Positions 1 through 9,587 of a DNA stretch of 64,000 nt are shown one piece after another. Made by a program: the position numbers and the translations under genes. Position 1 is the stretch's first letter. Each line of letters starts with the position of its first letter. This DNA is from an uncultured Bacteroidales bacterium (GTDB lineage: Bacteria; Bacteroidota; Bacteroidia; Bacteroidales; PWNQ01): NCBI GenBank assembly GCA_964477095.1, contig CAYZDA010000003.1:21650-85649 (forward strand). The letters run 5' to 3'. A model generated the notes under the pieces. The model ran no database searches, was not told the origin of the DNA, and saw only the letters and a list, made by a program, of their open reading frames with translations.

Positions 1-336
1 TACACAACTGGTGGATGAGACATCATAGGAATTTGTTACCAGTGTCCTGTTCTGAGAAGGAGTAGTACCAACCCACAAATGGTAGCCGTTGGGGCCCGGC
101 CCGCAAGGATTATTAAACACCGGATTAGCAGCTGTTGAAGACCAGCCGGAGCCTATGGTTCCGTTATCAAAGGAGTTATTCATCAAAAAGGTACATGAAC
201 CATCGGCTTTCAATTGAAGCGAATCACCTTCACATATGGTGGTGTCTTGTGTTGGCTTCAATATATCAATACTACACTGGCTGCTGGCATAACTCCATGC
301 GAAGAGAATACCTGCAAGCAATAAGATTTTTTTCAT
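1..336 (-). CDS. Secreted protein, N-terminal 112 codons only; the gene continues past the left edge of the window. Possible large surface or T9SS-type cargo.
   Basis: Not in the ORF track because it is open-ended. The reverse strand from ATG at 336 reads MKKILLLAGILFAWSYASSQCSIDILKPTQDTTICEGDSLQLKADGSC... with no stop to position 1. It has a clear signal peptide and a Cys-spaced repeat-like start typical of large Bacteroidota surface proteins. Function is a guess. Confidence 0.55.
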   Translation of the reverse strand, partial: MKKILLLAGILFAWSYASSQCSIDILKPTQDTTICEGDSLQLKADGSCTFLMNNSFDNGTIGSGWSSTAANPVFNNPCGPGPNGYHLWVGTTPSQNRTLVTNSYDVSSTSCV

Positions 337-470
337 CTGTTTTAATTTGATTTTAGCGCTCAGATGGAGCTCGCCATGACACTCACAAATTATTATTGCT
401 CACTCCACAAACTTTATAATCATGCCTGTGGGTGTTCCGTCTTAGGCGGATCATGGCCTGGGTCATCATG
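337..470 (-). repeat. Copy A of the conserved upstream module (three copies in the window). It abuts the ATG of the truncated secreted-protein gene.
   Basis: Read on the minus strand it aligns with 12063-12215 (minus) and 43613-43737 (plus). Shared blocks are CATGATCCGCCTnAGACGGnACAC..CACAGGCATGAT, GGAGTGAGCAA, a GAGCTCC dyad, and the tail GCTAAAATCAAATTAAAACAG followed by ATG. Confidence 0.6.
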
Positions 471-490
471 CGCTGGTTTCGAAATTTTGA

Positions 491-919
491 TTATACGGGA
501 TTAATTTGAAGATCTCTTAATTCGAAATTGGTAAGAGCCTTTACATCTTTGTGATGAACAAAGCGCTTGAAGATGGATAATCCTGAGGGAGAATCAAAGC
601 TGCAGGTGCCTTCCAGGCTTTCTCCCGGGGCCAGTGTTATAGAATGTTTATATTCCGGATCCTGATAGTTATCGCAATTCACGCAGTCCCCGCCATACCA
701 ACGCACATCAAACCATTCAATGGTCAATTCCTGGTCGGTACTGTTTACAAATTTCAACAGCACCATTTCCTGATTGATTCCTTCTGATGGGTCATTCCAA
801 TCCTTTTCCATGCTGTAAATCAAAACACCGTTTTGATCTTTGTATAATTCCCAATCACTGGTCTGGGAAATCCCAAAAACCGGGATTATCATGATCAGAA
901 GCAAAGCAATTTTCTTCAT
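491..919 (-). CDS. Hypothetical small secreted protein
   Basis: 142-aa ORF with an N-terminal signal peptide (MKKIALLLIMIIPVFGISQ). No family recognised. Confidence 0.55.
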   Translation of the reverse strand: MKKIALLLIMIIPVFGISQTSDWELYKDQNGVLIYSMEKDWNDPSEGINQEMVLLKFVNSTDQELTIEWFDVRWYGGDCVNCDNYQDPEYKHSITLAPGESLEGTCSFDSPSGLSIFKRFVHHKDVKALTNFELRDLQINPV

Positions 920-1022
920 AATTTATAAAATTTAGTTTTGTTTGTTTGTTTGACACACGGCCTGTTTAAAAAGTTGCCTCAACCTTATTAATTTTATTTC
1001 CCGTGTGTAAAAATAATAAGTT

Positions 1023-1751
1023 TCATGATAGTGAGGATATATTTGCAAGTATATCTGCAATATGTATTGTCTTTAAATTAATCTTATTCCTTTTAATGTA
1101 GCTTTCAACCTGCATCAGGCAGGAGGCTTCAGTGGATGTTATGTATTCGGCACCGGTCTTTATTGCCTTATTCACTTTCTCTTCTACCATGGCCACTGAA
1201 ACCGGTTCGTATTTCACAGAAAAAGTACCTCCAAAACCACAACATTCGCCGGCATTTTCCATTCCAAGAAGTTCCAGTTCGCGAACATTTTTCAGTAATT
1301 CCAATGGTTCTTCATTAAGACCATATTGCCGTCCTGCCGTACAGGAATGATGATATGTCACTTTTGCATCAAAAGCTGATCCCAGATATTTTACCTTCAT
1401 CACATTCACAAGAAAATCCGTGAATTCATATACCCGTTTCTTTAAGGAATTATATTCCAGATGCAGAGCGGTATTGTAAAACAAATCATTGTAGTGTTCC
1501 CTGATCATGTGAACACAGGAAGCCGAAGGACTCACCACATAATTAGTTCCTTCAAGATCACGGATGAGCTTTTCTCCAAGCCTGCGTGCCTCTTCCATAT
1601 TCCCGGCATTGTAAGCCACCTGCCCGCAGCAGGTTTGGGCAGGATTATAATTTACCTTTACATCAATGCTTTCCAGGATTTTAACTACATTAAAAGCCGT
1701 TTGAGGATAAAATTGATCAATAAAACAGGGAATAAACAAATCAACTATCAT
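1023..1751 (-). CDS. lutA: (Fe-S)-binding oxidoreductase with cysteine-rich CCG domains, LutA/GlcF-like
   Basis: MIVDLFIPCFIDQFYP...AQTCCGQ and ...GECCGFGGTF are the two CCG-type Cys motifs of LutA/heterodisulfide-reductase-like proteins. I start at the internal Met (residue 37 of the track ORF) because the family N-terminus begins at the MxVxLFxPCxxD motif. Confidence 0.8.
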   Translation of the reverse strand: MIVDLFIPCFIDQFYPQTAFNVVKILESIDVKVNYNPAQTCCGQVAYNAGNMEEARRLGEKLIRDLEGTNYVVSPSASCVHMIREHYNDLFYNTALHLEYNSLKKRVYEFTDFLVNVMKVKYLGSAFDAKVTYHHSCTAGRQYGLNEEPLELLKNVRELELLGMENAGECCGFGGTFSVKYEPVSVAMVEEKVNKAIKTGAEYITSTEASCLMQVESYIKRNKINLKTIHIADILANISSLS

Positions 1752-1818
1752 AATACCGCAAAAATAGAAATACTTATAACATGATGTATATGCGCATTCG
1801 ATAATTTTCGTGGTGCAT

Positions 1819-2547
1819 ATGCTCACTTTTTTTACTTTCGCAACTAAAAAAGTGCGCATATATCGTCATTTGTTTATTGATCTGGACCGGACCCTTTGGG
1901 ACTTTGATGCCAATGCAGCCGATACTTTGCATGAGATATTTGACTTTCACGGGCTGGCAGATAAAGGTGTGAGTGAATTTGTTGATTTTCAGAACACATA
2001 TCAGGAAATAAATACAAATCTCTGGAACAAATACAGATCGGGAATAATTACCAAGCAGTTTTTGAGCGTGGAAAGATTCCGCCTTACTATGGAAAGGCTG
2101 AACCAGGATACTGCATGTTCATCTGAAATGTGCAGGCAGTATCTAACCTGGAGTCCTGAGAAAACAAAAGTATTTCCGGGAGTTATGGAGGTATTGAATT
2201 ATTTGAAACCAAAGTATAAAATGCATATCCTCACCAACGGATTTAATGAAGTCCAGTTCAGGAAAATTGAAAGATGTGGTTTTTCTCCTTATTTTGATTC
2301 TGTGATTACCAGTGATGACGCGGGTTTTAAAAAACCCACAAAGGAATTTTTTGATTATGCTCTGCAAAAAACCGGTGCAAAACCTGATAATACGCTGATG
2401 ATCGGGGATGATGAGGAAGTTGATATTATAGGTGCTCAAAAATCAGGTATTGACCAGGTATTTGTGAATTATAATCACCGCCGGGTGCCTGATCTGAACC
2501 CAACGTTCGAAATACACAAATTCAGTGATCTGAAAAAACTGCTCTGA
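1819..2547 (+). CDS. HAD-superfamily hydrolase, YjjG-like nucleotidase subfamily
   Basis: HAD motif I is LFIDLDRTLWDF and motif IV is MIGDDEEVDIIGA. The start is uncertain: GTG 1810, ATG 1819, or GTG 1852, which would give MRIYRHLFIDLD. Confidence 0.8.
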   Translation: MLTFFTFATKKVRIYRHLFIDLDRTLWDFDANAADTLHEIFDFHGLADKGVSEFVDFQNTYQEINTNLWNKYRSGIITKQFLSVERFRLTMERLNQDTACSSEMCRQYLTWSPEKTKVFPGVMEVLNYLKPKYKMHILTNGFNEVQFRKIERCGFSPYFDSVITSDDAGFKKPTKEFFDYALQKTGAKPDNTLMIGDDEEVDIIGAQKSGIDQVFVNYNHRRVPDLNPTFEIHKFSDLKKLL

Positions 2548-2550
2548 TTA

Positions 2551-3210
2551 TTAAATTTTTGCCAGAACAGTTTGCCCGGCATTCACCCTGTCGGTGATTT
2601 TCACTTTTACAGTACACCCCACAGGAAAGAAATGATCAACCCTGGAGCCAAACTTAATAAATCCCAGGGGTTCCCCGGCATAAACAGACTTACCGGTTTC
2701 AGCATAATTGACAATTCTGCGTGCCATAATACCGGCAATCTGGCGGATCCAAATTATATTCCCATCATCAGAAACCATTTTGACAGTATTGCGTTCATTC
2801 AACTCTGATGATTTGGGATGATAAGCAGGCAAAAATTTGCCCTTATGATAGTCAACCCCGGTTACCTTGCCTGCTACCGGAAAACGGTTGAGATGCGTGT
2901 CAAAGGGTGACATAAAGACAGATATCTGAAGCGCTTTTCCCCCCGGAAAAGCATCATTATCCACTTCTTCAATAACAACTACTTTACCGTCAGCAGCACT
3001 CAGCAAATCCTTGTTGCCGGATATGATGGCAATATCAGGCACCCGGAAAAAATAAACAACCCAGGCTGCCCCCAACAAAAAAACAAGTGTTATGAGCACC
3101 GAAATCCACAGTACGTCTACGGCAGCCCAGGCAGCATAAACAGCAATTAGGGCAGCTATAACCGCAACAAAAATATGTATGCTGCCTTCTTTATGTATAT
3201 TATATTTCAT
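2551..3210 (-). CDS. psd: Phosphatidylserine decarboxylase proenzyme
   Basis: 219 aa with N-terminal TM helices and the C-terminal GFIKFGSRVD self-cleavage-type motif. It sits next to cdsA. Confidence 0.85.
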   Translation of the reverse strand: MKYNIHKEGSIHIFVAVIAALIAVYAAWAAVDVLWISVLITLVFLLGAAWVVYFFRVPDIAIISGNKDLLSAADGKVVVIEEVDNDAFPGGKALQISVFMSPFDTHLNRFPVAGKVTGVDYHKGKFLPAYHPKSSELNERNTVKMVSDDGNIIWIRQIAGIMARRIVNYAETGKSVYAGEPLGFIKFGSRVDHFFPVGCTVKVKITDRVNAGQTVLAKI

Positions 3211-3260
3211 CTGTCTATATTTTTGATTTTAGTGGCACTCCGGCATACCTTATTCATTAT

Positions 3261-4079
3261 TTAAAGATTCTTTGATAACGAAAAAACATATATCAACATC
3301 AGGGTGAAGGGTGCTGCAAACAATATACTGTCAAATCGATCCAGCGCCCCACCATGCCCTGGAAGGAATTCACCGGAATCCTTCACTCCTGCCTGCCGCT
3401 TTAGTGCTGAGGCGAAATAATCACCGCCAACAGCAGCAATAGCACCAATCACAGCAAAGATAACCCATTGCAGGGAACTTAGTACCTCAAAAAAACCGGA
3501 AATTATAAACCCGGCAATAGCTGCAAACAGCACGCCGCTTATGGTGCCTTCCCAGGTTTTATTTGGCGACACAGCAAATATTTTCCTTTTCCCGATGAGC
3601 GTGCCCGTGAGATAAGCAAATGTATCATTTGTCCATACTATGATTAATAAAGCAAAAACAAAGCTGCCTGAATAGTGAAAATCATTGAATGGATGAAACA
3701 TCAGTAATAGTAATGAGATAAATCCAAGAGAAGGGTAAATGAGGGTAAAAATAAATGTTGTTACTACATCTCGGGGCTTTTTGTGTGAAACGACAGTTCT
3801 TATCAACACAATAACCAAGGGCAACAGCAGCAATAAAAACCAGTGGGCAGAAATCAGATCGTACAAATGAAAACCTGTTATCAGAAAAAACATACCGGCA
3901 GCCACAGCATTTAACCTGTGGAAGGCGTCTGTCCGGAGCAGTTGGCTGAATTCATATGCTGAAATCAACGCAAAACTTCCAAAGAGTATAGCAAAAAGAT
4001 AAAAATGCCACAAAACAGCCGTCAATACGGCAGCCACATAAAAAATCCCAAATATCAACCTTCTGTAAAAATTATTCAC
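3261..4079 (-). CDS. cdsA: Phosphatidate cytidylyltransferase
   Basis: Polytopic membrane protein with the CdsA signature SALKRQAGVKDSGEFLPGHGGALDRFDS. Confidence 0.9.
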   Translation of the reverse strand: MNNFYRRLIFGIFYVAAVLTAVLWHFYLFAILFGSFALISAYEFSQLLRTDAFHRLNAVAAGMFFLITGFHLYDLISAHWFLLLLLPLVIVLIRTVVSHKKPRDVVTTFIFTLIYPSLGFISLLLLMFHPFNDFHYSGSFVFALLIIVWTNDTFAYLTGTLIGKRKIFAVSPNKTWEGTISGVLFAAIAGFIISGFFEVLSSLQWVIFAVIGAIAAVGGDYFASALKRQAGVKDSGEFLPGHGGALDRFDSILFAAPFTLMLIYVFSLSKNL

Positions 4080-4284
4080 TATCCACGGCTTTTTTAATAA
4101 TGTATTTGGCTTTGATCACATCTTCGGCCTTAACATAAAGTTCAATTTCTCCAAAAAGATAAGCTGAATCCTTCTTATTCAGACTCCTGCATTCAACTCC
4201 ATTGTGCACAAGTTTTGATTTAACCAATTCGATGTCAAAGGAGTTTCCGGTTGAATACACTTTCTTCCAATCCTGTTTCTTCAT
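4072..4284 (-). CDS. DUF2007-like small protein (putative signal-transducing fold)
   Basis: About 70 aa starting at the internal Met MKKQDWKKVYST. The size and pattern match small DUF2007 proteins. It overlaps cdsA by 8 nt. Confidence 0.55.
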   Translation of the reverse strand: MKKQDWKKVYSTGNSFDIELVKSKLVHNGVECRSLNKKDSAYLFGEIELYVKAEDVIKAKYIIKKAVDSE

Positions 4285-4288
4285 AATT

Positions 4289-4918
4289 TCATAAATCGTC
4301 AAGCAGGAACAAATATAGCTTTTTAGGACCATGCATTCCCATTACTATGGTTTTTTCTATGTCAGCGGTTCTGGAAGGACCTGTAATGAGCGTGGTATAA
4401 GCTTCCGGTCTTTTATCAACCGACAATGCAGTGCTAAGCTGGCTCATATTGTATAATATCTGGCTTGAGCAAGCTAACACAACATGTTCATCGGGACGAG
4501 CACATATTAAATGATCCCTGGATGAGCAAGAGGAAAAAAGTATGCTTCCGGTTGATGCAACCAGTGCATCACAATCAGTGATGCCTGTGATAGCGTTATC
4601 AGGAATGGCTGACGGATTTGCGGGAAACTCAAGTCCAAACTTTTCAGGATGCTTTACTCTGAAGAATACTTCGTCCTTTTTCCTGTTTGCAAGCAGGTGC
4701 TCCAGTGAATCTGCCAATTCATCATAACTGTCACAAAATACAAAGTGCCCGCCTGTAGCAGTAAATGAACGGGCAAAGAGGATATCAGGTGTTTCATTCT
4801 CTGCCCGCTCGGTATTTATATCAATGGGAGCAAATTCAGCAAAGGCATTGCCGGCATCAGAGATCAGTGCATTTCTGATGTTTTTTAACACTTTCTGACG
4901 TGCTGTGCTTTCCTGCAT
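4289..4918 (-). CDS. LUD-domain protein (LutC/YkgG family)
   Basis: 209 aa with the typical LutC-like N-terminus (ARQKVLKNIRNAL) and C-terminus (LITGPSRTADIE). Confidence 0.75.
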   Translation of the reverse strand: MQESTARQKVLKNIRNALISDAGNAFAEFAPIDINTERAENETPDILFARSFTATGGHFVFCDSYDELADSLEHLLANRKKDEVFFRVKHPEKFGLEFPANPSAIPDNAITGITDCDALVASTGSILFSSCSSRDHLICARPDEHVVLACSSQILYNMSQLSTALSVDKRPEAYTTLITGPSRTADIEKTIVMGMHGPKKLYLFLLDDL

Positions 4919-4929
4919 ATGCGGAATTA

Positions 4930-7062
4930 CTATTGTTTGTCTTTACTGTCGCCTGTATCTTTATCTGCATCAGGCTTTTTTTGAGGTTGCTGTGCTTTTG
5001 TATCCTCCGGATTCTTTGTATTCTGATCAGGAGAATCTTCCTTTTCCTCTGCCTGCTTATCATCCTTATCCTCATCACCATTCTCATCGTCATCCGGGAG
5101 AATGTTTGCCCTGCTTACAGCATCGATGATGTCCTTATCCTCTTCCTGGTCACTCCATTCGCGTTTACCAAAAATCCTTTCCACGTCATCACGGAATATT
5201 ACTTCTTTTTTCAGCAGAGTTCCAGCCAGCTCGATCAACTGATCCTTGTGTTTAAGCAAAATAGACTTGGCATTCTGATAAGCTTCCTCGATCAGCTTGC
5301 TTATTTCCTCGTCGATAATCTGAGCTGTTTGTTCACTGTAAGGTTTAGTAAATGAATATTCATTCCTGCCTGTGGAGTCATAGAAGCTGATATTACCCAG
5401 ACGCTTATTCAGTCCGAAATAAGTAACCATGGCATAGGCCTGCTTGGTAACTTTCTCCAGATCATTGAGTGCTCCGGTGGAGACTTTATTGAACATGATT
5501 TCTTCAGCAGCACGCCCTCCAAGGGCAGCAGTAATTTCATCGAACATCTGATCATAGGTAGTTATCTGGCGCTCCTCGGGCAGATACCATGCAGCACCCA
5601 GTGCTTTGCCACGCGGCACTATGGTTACTTTTACCAGCGGATGGGCATATCGCAACATCCAACTAACGGCTGCGTGTCCGGACTCATGAAAAGCAATAAC
5701 TTCCTTTTCCTGTTTTGATATTATCTTATTTCTCTTTTCCAGCCCGCCAATTATCCTGTCGATTGCATCTATGAAATCCTGACGTTTGATCACGTCATGA
5801 TTATTCCGGGCGCCAATCAATGCAGCTTCATTACAGGCATTGGCAATATCAGCACCTGAAAATCCGGGTGTTTGTTTAGCCAGAAGGTTCAAACTGATAT
5901 TCTTATCAAGCTTGAGTTCCTTGGTATGTACAGCAAATATCTGTTCTCGTTCCTTCAGGTCAGGTAATTCCACATGAATCTGGCGGTCAAATCTGCCAGC
6001 ACGCAGCAGAGCTTTATCAAGCATATCAGCCCTGTTGGTAGCAGCCAAAATGATCACACCTGCATTGGATGAGAAACCATCCATTTCCGTAAGCAGCTGA
6101 TTTAGCGTATTCTCCCGCTCATCATTTGCACCTGTCATAGGGTTTTTCCCCCTGGCACGTCCGATGGCATCTATCTCATCAATAAAAATAATACATGGTG
6201 CTTTTTCCTTGGCCTGCTTAAACAGGTCGCGTACCCGTGAGGCACCCACACCTACGAACATTTCCACAAAATCGGATCCCGACATAGAGAAAAAAGGCAC
6301 CTGTGCTTCACCAGCCACTGCTTTGGCCAGTAAGGTTTTACCTGTACCGGGAGGCCCAACCAGCAGAGCACCTTTTGGAATTTTTCCTCCCAGGCGGGTA
6401 TACTTATCCGGTTCCTTCAGAAAGTCGACAATCTCCATAACTTCAATCTTGGCTTCTTCAAGACCGGCTACATCCTTGAAATTAACTGTTACGCTGGTTT
6501 TCCTGTCAAATACCTGTGCTTTTGATTTACCAATATTAAACATCTGGCTTCCGGCACCTCCACCGCCACGGCTCATCATTCTCATCAGAAAAAACCACAG
6601 CGCCACCAGAAAAAGGATCGGTATAAGCCAGCCAAGTATTTCGCGGCTCCAGTCGCGTCTTGTTTCCCCTTTCACATGGGGCCAGTAATCCATATCTGTT
6701 GTCTTCTGAAGGTCTTTCAGGTCTTCCATGAAGCTGTCAACAGTAACAAATTCGTATTTATAATGCGGACCCGAGGCATCCAACTCCTTGTATTTGTCTT
6801 TATCCTCAAGCCTGTCAGCTCGAATTGTTACTTCAGCATACTCTTCATTCACTACGGTAATTTTCTTGACATCTTCATCCTTGATCATGTTTTCCAGCTC
6901 AGTCCAACCCAGATCGTTTAAGGAAGCGGTATTGGATAATAGCTGGATGAGGATAAAGGCAAGAGCAATGGCCCCGTATATCCAGTAAAAATTATTGTTT
7001 TTCTTTTTTGGATCTCTGGAGCCTTTATCGGTTGGTTTCTTTTTTTCCTGATTATTATTCAT
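4930..7062 (-). CDS. ftsH: ATP-dependent zinc metalloprotease FtsH
   Basis: Walker A GPPGTGKT, Walker [13 protein letters not shown] region, and zinc site HESGHA. It has two N-terminal TM segments and a long acidic/Lys-rich C-terminal tail. Confidence 0.97.
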   Translation of the reverse strand: MNNNQEKKKPTDKGSRDPKKKNNNFYWIYGAIALAFILIQLLSNTASLNDLGWTELENMIKDEDVKKITVVNEEYAEVTIRADRLEDKDKYKELDASGPHYKYEFVTVDSFMEDLKDLQKTTDMDYWPHVKGETRRDWSREILGWLIPILFLVALWFFLMRMMSRGGGGAGSQMFNIGKSKAQVFDRKTSVTVNFKDVAGLEEAKIEVMEIVDFLKEPDKYTRLGGKIPKGALLVGPPGTGKTLLAKAVAGEAQVPFFSMSGSDFVEMFVGVGASRVRDLFKQAKEKAPCIIFIDEIDAIGRARGKNPMTGANDERENTLNQLLTEMDGFSSNAGVIILAATNRADMLDKALLRAGRFDRQIHVELPDLKEREQIFAVHTKELKLDKNISLNLLAKQTPGFSGADIANACNEAALIGARNNHDVIKRQDFIDAIDRIIGGLEKRNKIISKQEKEVIAFHESGHAAVSWMLRYAHPLVKVTIVPRGKALGAAWYLPEERQITTYDQMFDEITAALGGRAAEEIMFNKVSTGALNDLEKVTKQAYAMVTYFGLNKRLGNISFYDSTGRNEYSFTKPYSEQTAQIIDEEISKLIEEAYQNAKSILLKHKDQLIELAGTLLKKEVIFRDDVERIFGKREWSDQEEDKDIIDAVSRANILPDDDENGDEDKDDKQAEEKEDSPDQNTKNPEDTKAQQPQKKPDADKDTGDSKDKQ

Positions 7063-7073
7063 ATATTAAATCC

Positions 7074-7454
7074 TTAATAAATATCTTCCAGTGAATTGGC
7101 AGTGGCATCAGCCCACACCTCTTCAAGCTGGTAAAACGGTCTTTTATCTTTCAAAAATATGTGTACTACTACATCAAAATAATCGAGCAAAATCCATTCG
7201 GCATTTTCAACACCTTCAACATGAATTGGTTTTGCATTAGTTTTCTTTTTAACATAATCTTCAACAGAATCAGCTATTGCTTCCACCTGGGTATCAGAAT
7301 TACCATGACAGATTACAAAATAATCGCAGACTGCATTGTTCAGTTTCGAAAGATTTAGTGTAACTATATCATGCCCTTTCTTTTCCCTTATCCCCTCAAC
7401 TATGTGATCAACAAGCTTTTCTGTTTCCTGTTCTTCAATTTGAGTTTTTTTCAT
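7074..7454 (-). CDS. rsfS: Ribosome silencing factor RsfS (Iojap family)
   Basis: 126 aa with the motif DYFVICHGNSDTQVEAIADSV...EWILLDYFDVVVHIF. It lies directly upstream of ftsH, as is usual. Confidence 0.9.
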   Translation of the reverse strand: MKKTQIEEQETEKLVDHIVEGIREKKGHDIVTLNLSKLNNAVCDYFVICHGNSDTQVEAIADSVEDYVKKKTNAKPIHVEGVENAEWILLDYFDVVVHIFLKDKRPFYQLEEVWADATANSLEDIY

Positions 7455-7550
7455 CGTATGACTTTTGTTCTACAAAAATAAGTATTTTTATCAACCTGAA
7501 AAGAATATAATCCTTATCATTCGCAGCATTTCCACTAAACCAGCAGACAC

Positions 7551-8288
7551 ATGACCGGTAAACATATACACTATATAAACCGAACAGAATCTACCAATGC
7601 CTATGTTAAAAACCTGCTGAAAACATCACGCCCGCCGGAGCTTAGCTTTTACATTACTCATGAACAAACTAAAGGCCGCGGGCAACGAGGCAATTCCTGG
7701 GTGAGTGATGCTAACAAAAATCATACCGGAACCTTACTGCTATACCCTGGCTTTTTGGAACCCGCGTTGCAGTTTAGGATCAGTAAATATGTGGCACTGG
7801 CTGTACTGGAAACGCTCAGGCACTATTTGCCGGCTGATAAGTTAAAAGTGAAATGGCCTAATGATGTTTATTATGGGGATATGAAAATTGGCGGCATCCT
7901 GATAGAAAACTCACTGCTGGGCAACAGCTTTGATTATGTTATAGCAGGGATCGGTGTTAACCTTAACCAGGTTGATTTTCCTCCGTCACTCCCGAATCCG
8001 GTATCTGTAAAAATACTTAAAGGTAATGATCAGGATCGCCGAAAATTTGACCGTCACCTGCATGAGCGCCTTGTGGAAGCTTATACCCCGGAATTCATTA
8101 CAGGACCTGAGCTGGACAGCATTTATCTTTCTAACCTTTACAGGTGGCAGAGCTGGGAAAATTACCTGTCTGGAGAAATTTGCTTCAGGGGCAAAATCCT
8201 CTCTGTCAATGAGTACGGCCACCTTCTTATGGAAAGAGAAGATGGCCGCATTTATTCATACGCCTTTAAGGAGATTGAATATCTCTGA
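7551..8288 (+). CDS. birA: Biotin--[acetyl-CoA-carboxylase] ligase (group I, no HTH)
   Basis: Contains the KGRGQRGNSW biotin-binding loop and the KWPNDVY motif. 245 aa. Confidence 0.85.
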   Translation: MTGKHIHYINRTESTNAYVKNLLKTSRPPELSFYITHEQTKGRGQRGNSWVSDANKNHTGTLLLYPGFLEPALQFRISKYVALAVLETLRHYLPADKLKVKWPNDVYYGDMKIGGILIENSLLGNSFDYVIAGIGVNLNQVDFPPSLPNPVSVKILKGNDQDRRKFDRHLHERLVEAYTPEFITGPELDSIYLSNLYRWQSWENYLSGEICFRGKILSVNEYGHLLMEREDGRIYSYAFKEIEYL

Positions 8289-8322
8289 CGATATCTGCCT
8301 CTGGTAAAGACTTATGGATATT

Positions 8323-8964
8323 TTACCTGCCCCAGGTTTCGGGGGCTTTCCGCCATTCTGACAGTGAATCAAGCTCCTCACTCCTGACATAACCAATTTC
8401 CGCAGCCTGCTTCACCAATACATTATAATCTGACAGGGTATACAGCGGACAATTATATTCCTTGAAATTTTCCCTTGCTTTGGCAAAATCATAGGAAAAA
8501 ATGGCTATCATGCCATTAACCTTGCATCCTGCACTGCGCAATGCTTTCACTGCATTAAGGCTACTGTTTCCTGTGGAAATCAGGTCTTCAATCACCACTA
8601 CGGACTGTCCTGACTGCACCACTCCTTCAATCTTATTTTCCAGTCCATGCGCTTTTTTTGAAGAACGCACATATACAAATGGTTTACCCAGCTCCTGAGC
8701 CACAAGAGCACCCAGTGCGATCCCGCCGGTTGCCACTCCTGCTATTACATCCACCTCCCCGTAAACATCCTGTATGATTTTACTCATCTCCTGTCGCAGA
8801 TATGTTCGGATTACCGGGTAGGAAAGTGTCTTCCGGTTATCGCAGTAAATCGGAGATTTCCATCCCGAAGCCCATGTAAACGGATTGGCATTATCCAGTT
8901 TTATTGCTTTAATTTGCAACAAAAACTCGGCAGTCATTTCTGCTATCTCTTGATTGTAAAGCAT
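8323..8964 (-). CDS. pyrE: Orotate phosphoribosyltransferase
   Basis: PRPP-binding motif VVVIEDLISTGNS and typical PyrE length and N-terminus. Confidence 0.92.
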   Translation of the reverse strand: MLYNQEIAEMTAEFLLQIKAIKLDNANPFTWASGWKSPIYCDNRKTLSYPVIRTYLRQEMSKIIQDVYGEVDVIAGVATGGIALGALVAQELGKPFVYVRSSKKAHGLENKIEGVVQSGQSVVVIEDLISTGNSSLNAVKALRSAGCKVNGMIAIFSYDFAKARENFKEYNCPLYTLSDYNVLVKQAAEIGYVRSEELDSLSEWRKAPETWGR

Positions 8965-8969
8965 TTGTT

Positions 8970-9587
8970 ATGACACGTATTTATGTTAATAATAGAATTA
9001 TCTGTTTTGATAATAAGCCCTGTGTAGGGAAGAGCGAAACTACAAAAAAAAACATTTCCTGCAATATAAAAGACATAAAGGCATTAAAAAATTGTACCGA
9101 AAATTTCCTTTCTGATACAAGCCTGGGCTCCAGCCTTGTTTTACAGGGCGATAAGGAAATAATCAAATGCAATTTTTTGATGCTTTATCCATTAATAAAT
9201 GCTGCCGGAGCTGCAGTTTTCAATGAGCGAGATGAATTGCTGATGATTTTCCGCCGTGATCATTGGGATCTGCCCAAAGGAAAAACTGAAGATTCTGAGT
9301 CTGCTGCTGAATCAGCACTCCGGGAAGTACAAGAAGAAACAGGAATCACCGGAGTTGTGATAACACGGGAGCTGGAACCCTCCTGGCATATGTACAGGGC
9401 AGGAGGTGATTGGGTGACCAAGAAAACACGCTGGTTTCACATGAAAGCTAAAAAGCAGGAACTGAAGCCTCAAACGGAAGAGGATATTGAAAAAGCTGTT
9501 TGGTTAAGTCGCAATCAGGTAGAAGAAAAAATTGCACTGACTTACGATTCGCTAAAGCCTGTGATAAGGCAGGCATTAAAAATATGA
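8970..9587 (+). CDS. NUDIX hydrolase
   Basis: Nudix box GKTEDSESAAESALREVQEETGI. The N-terminal ~70 aa are unassigned, so the true start could be later (Met at 9180). Confidence 0.8.
   Translation: MTRIYVNNRIICFDNKPCVGKSETTKKNISCNIKDIKALKNCTENFLSDTSLGSSLVLQGDKEIIKCNFLMLYPLINAAGAAVFNERDELLMIFRRDHWDLPKGKTEDSESAAESALREVQEETGITGVVITRELEPSWHMYRAGGDWVTKKTRWFHMKAKKQELKPQTEEDIEKAVWLSRNQVEEKIALTYDSLKPVIRQALKI

Noticed and set aside
135-350. Track ORF of 71 aa on the plus strand.
   Set aside because: It lies antisense to an uninterrupted 112-codon reading frame with a signal peptide that starts at 336 on the minus strand. The plus-strand product has no protein-like features.
953-1008. An inverted repeat ACACACGG...CCGTGTGT with a (GTTT)3 run in the 103-bp gap after lutA.
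   Set aside because: The 40-nt loop and the lack of a U-run make it a poor terminator. Its similarity to the CA-rich part of the repeated module is only ~14 nt and in the wrong orientation.
4857-5355. ORFs overlapping the 3' end of ftsH (78, 151 and 74 aa) with repetitive R/I/L-rich sequences.
   Set aside because: They are out-of-frame or antisense readings of the acidic/Lys-rich FtsH tail, so the repetition is compositional.
6164-6988. Plus-strand ORFs (174, 81 and 66 aa) inside ftsH.
   Set aside because: They are antisense shadows of a very well supported gene, with Ser/Pro/Arg-rich low-complexity translations.
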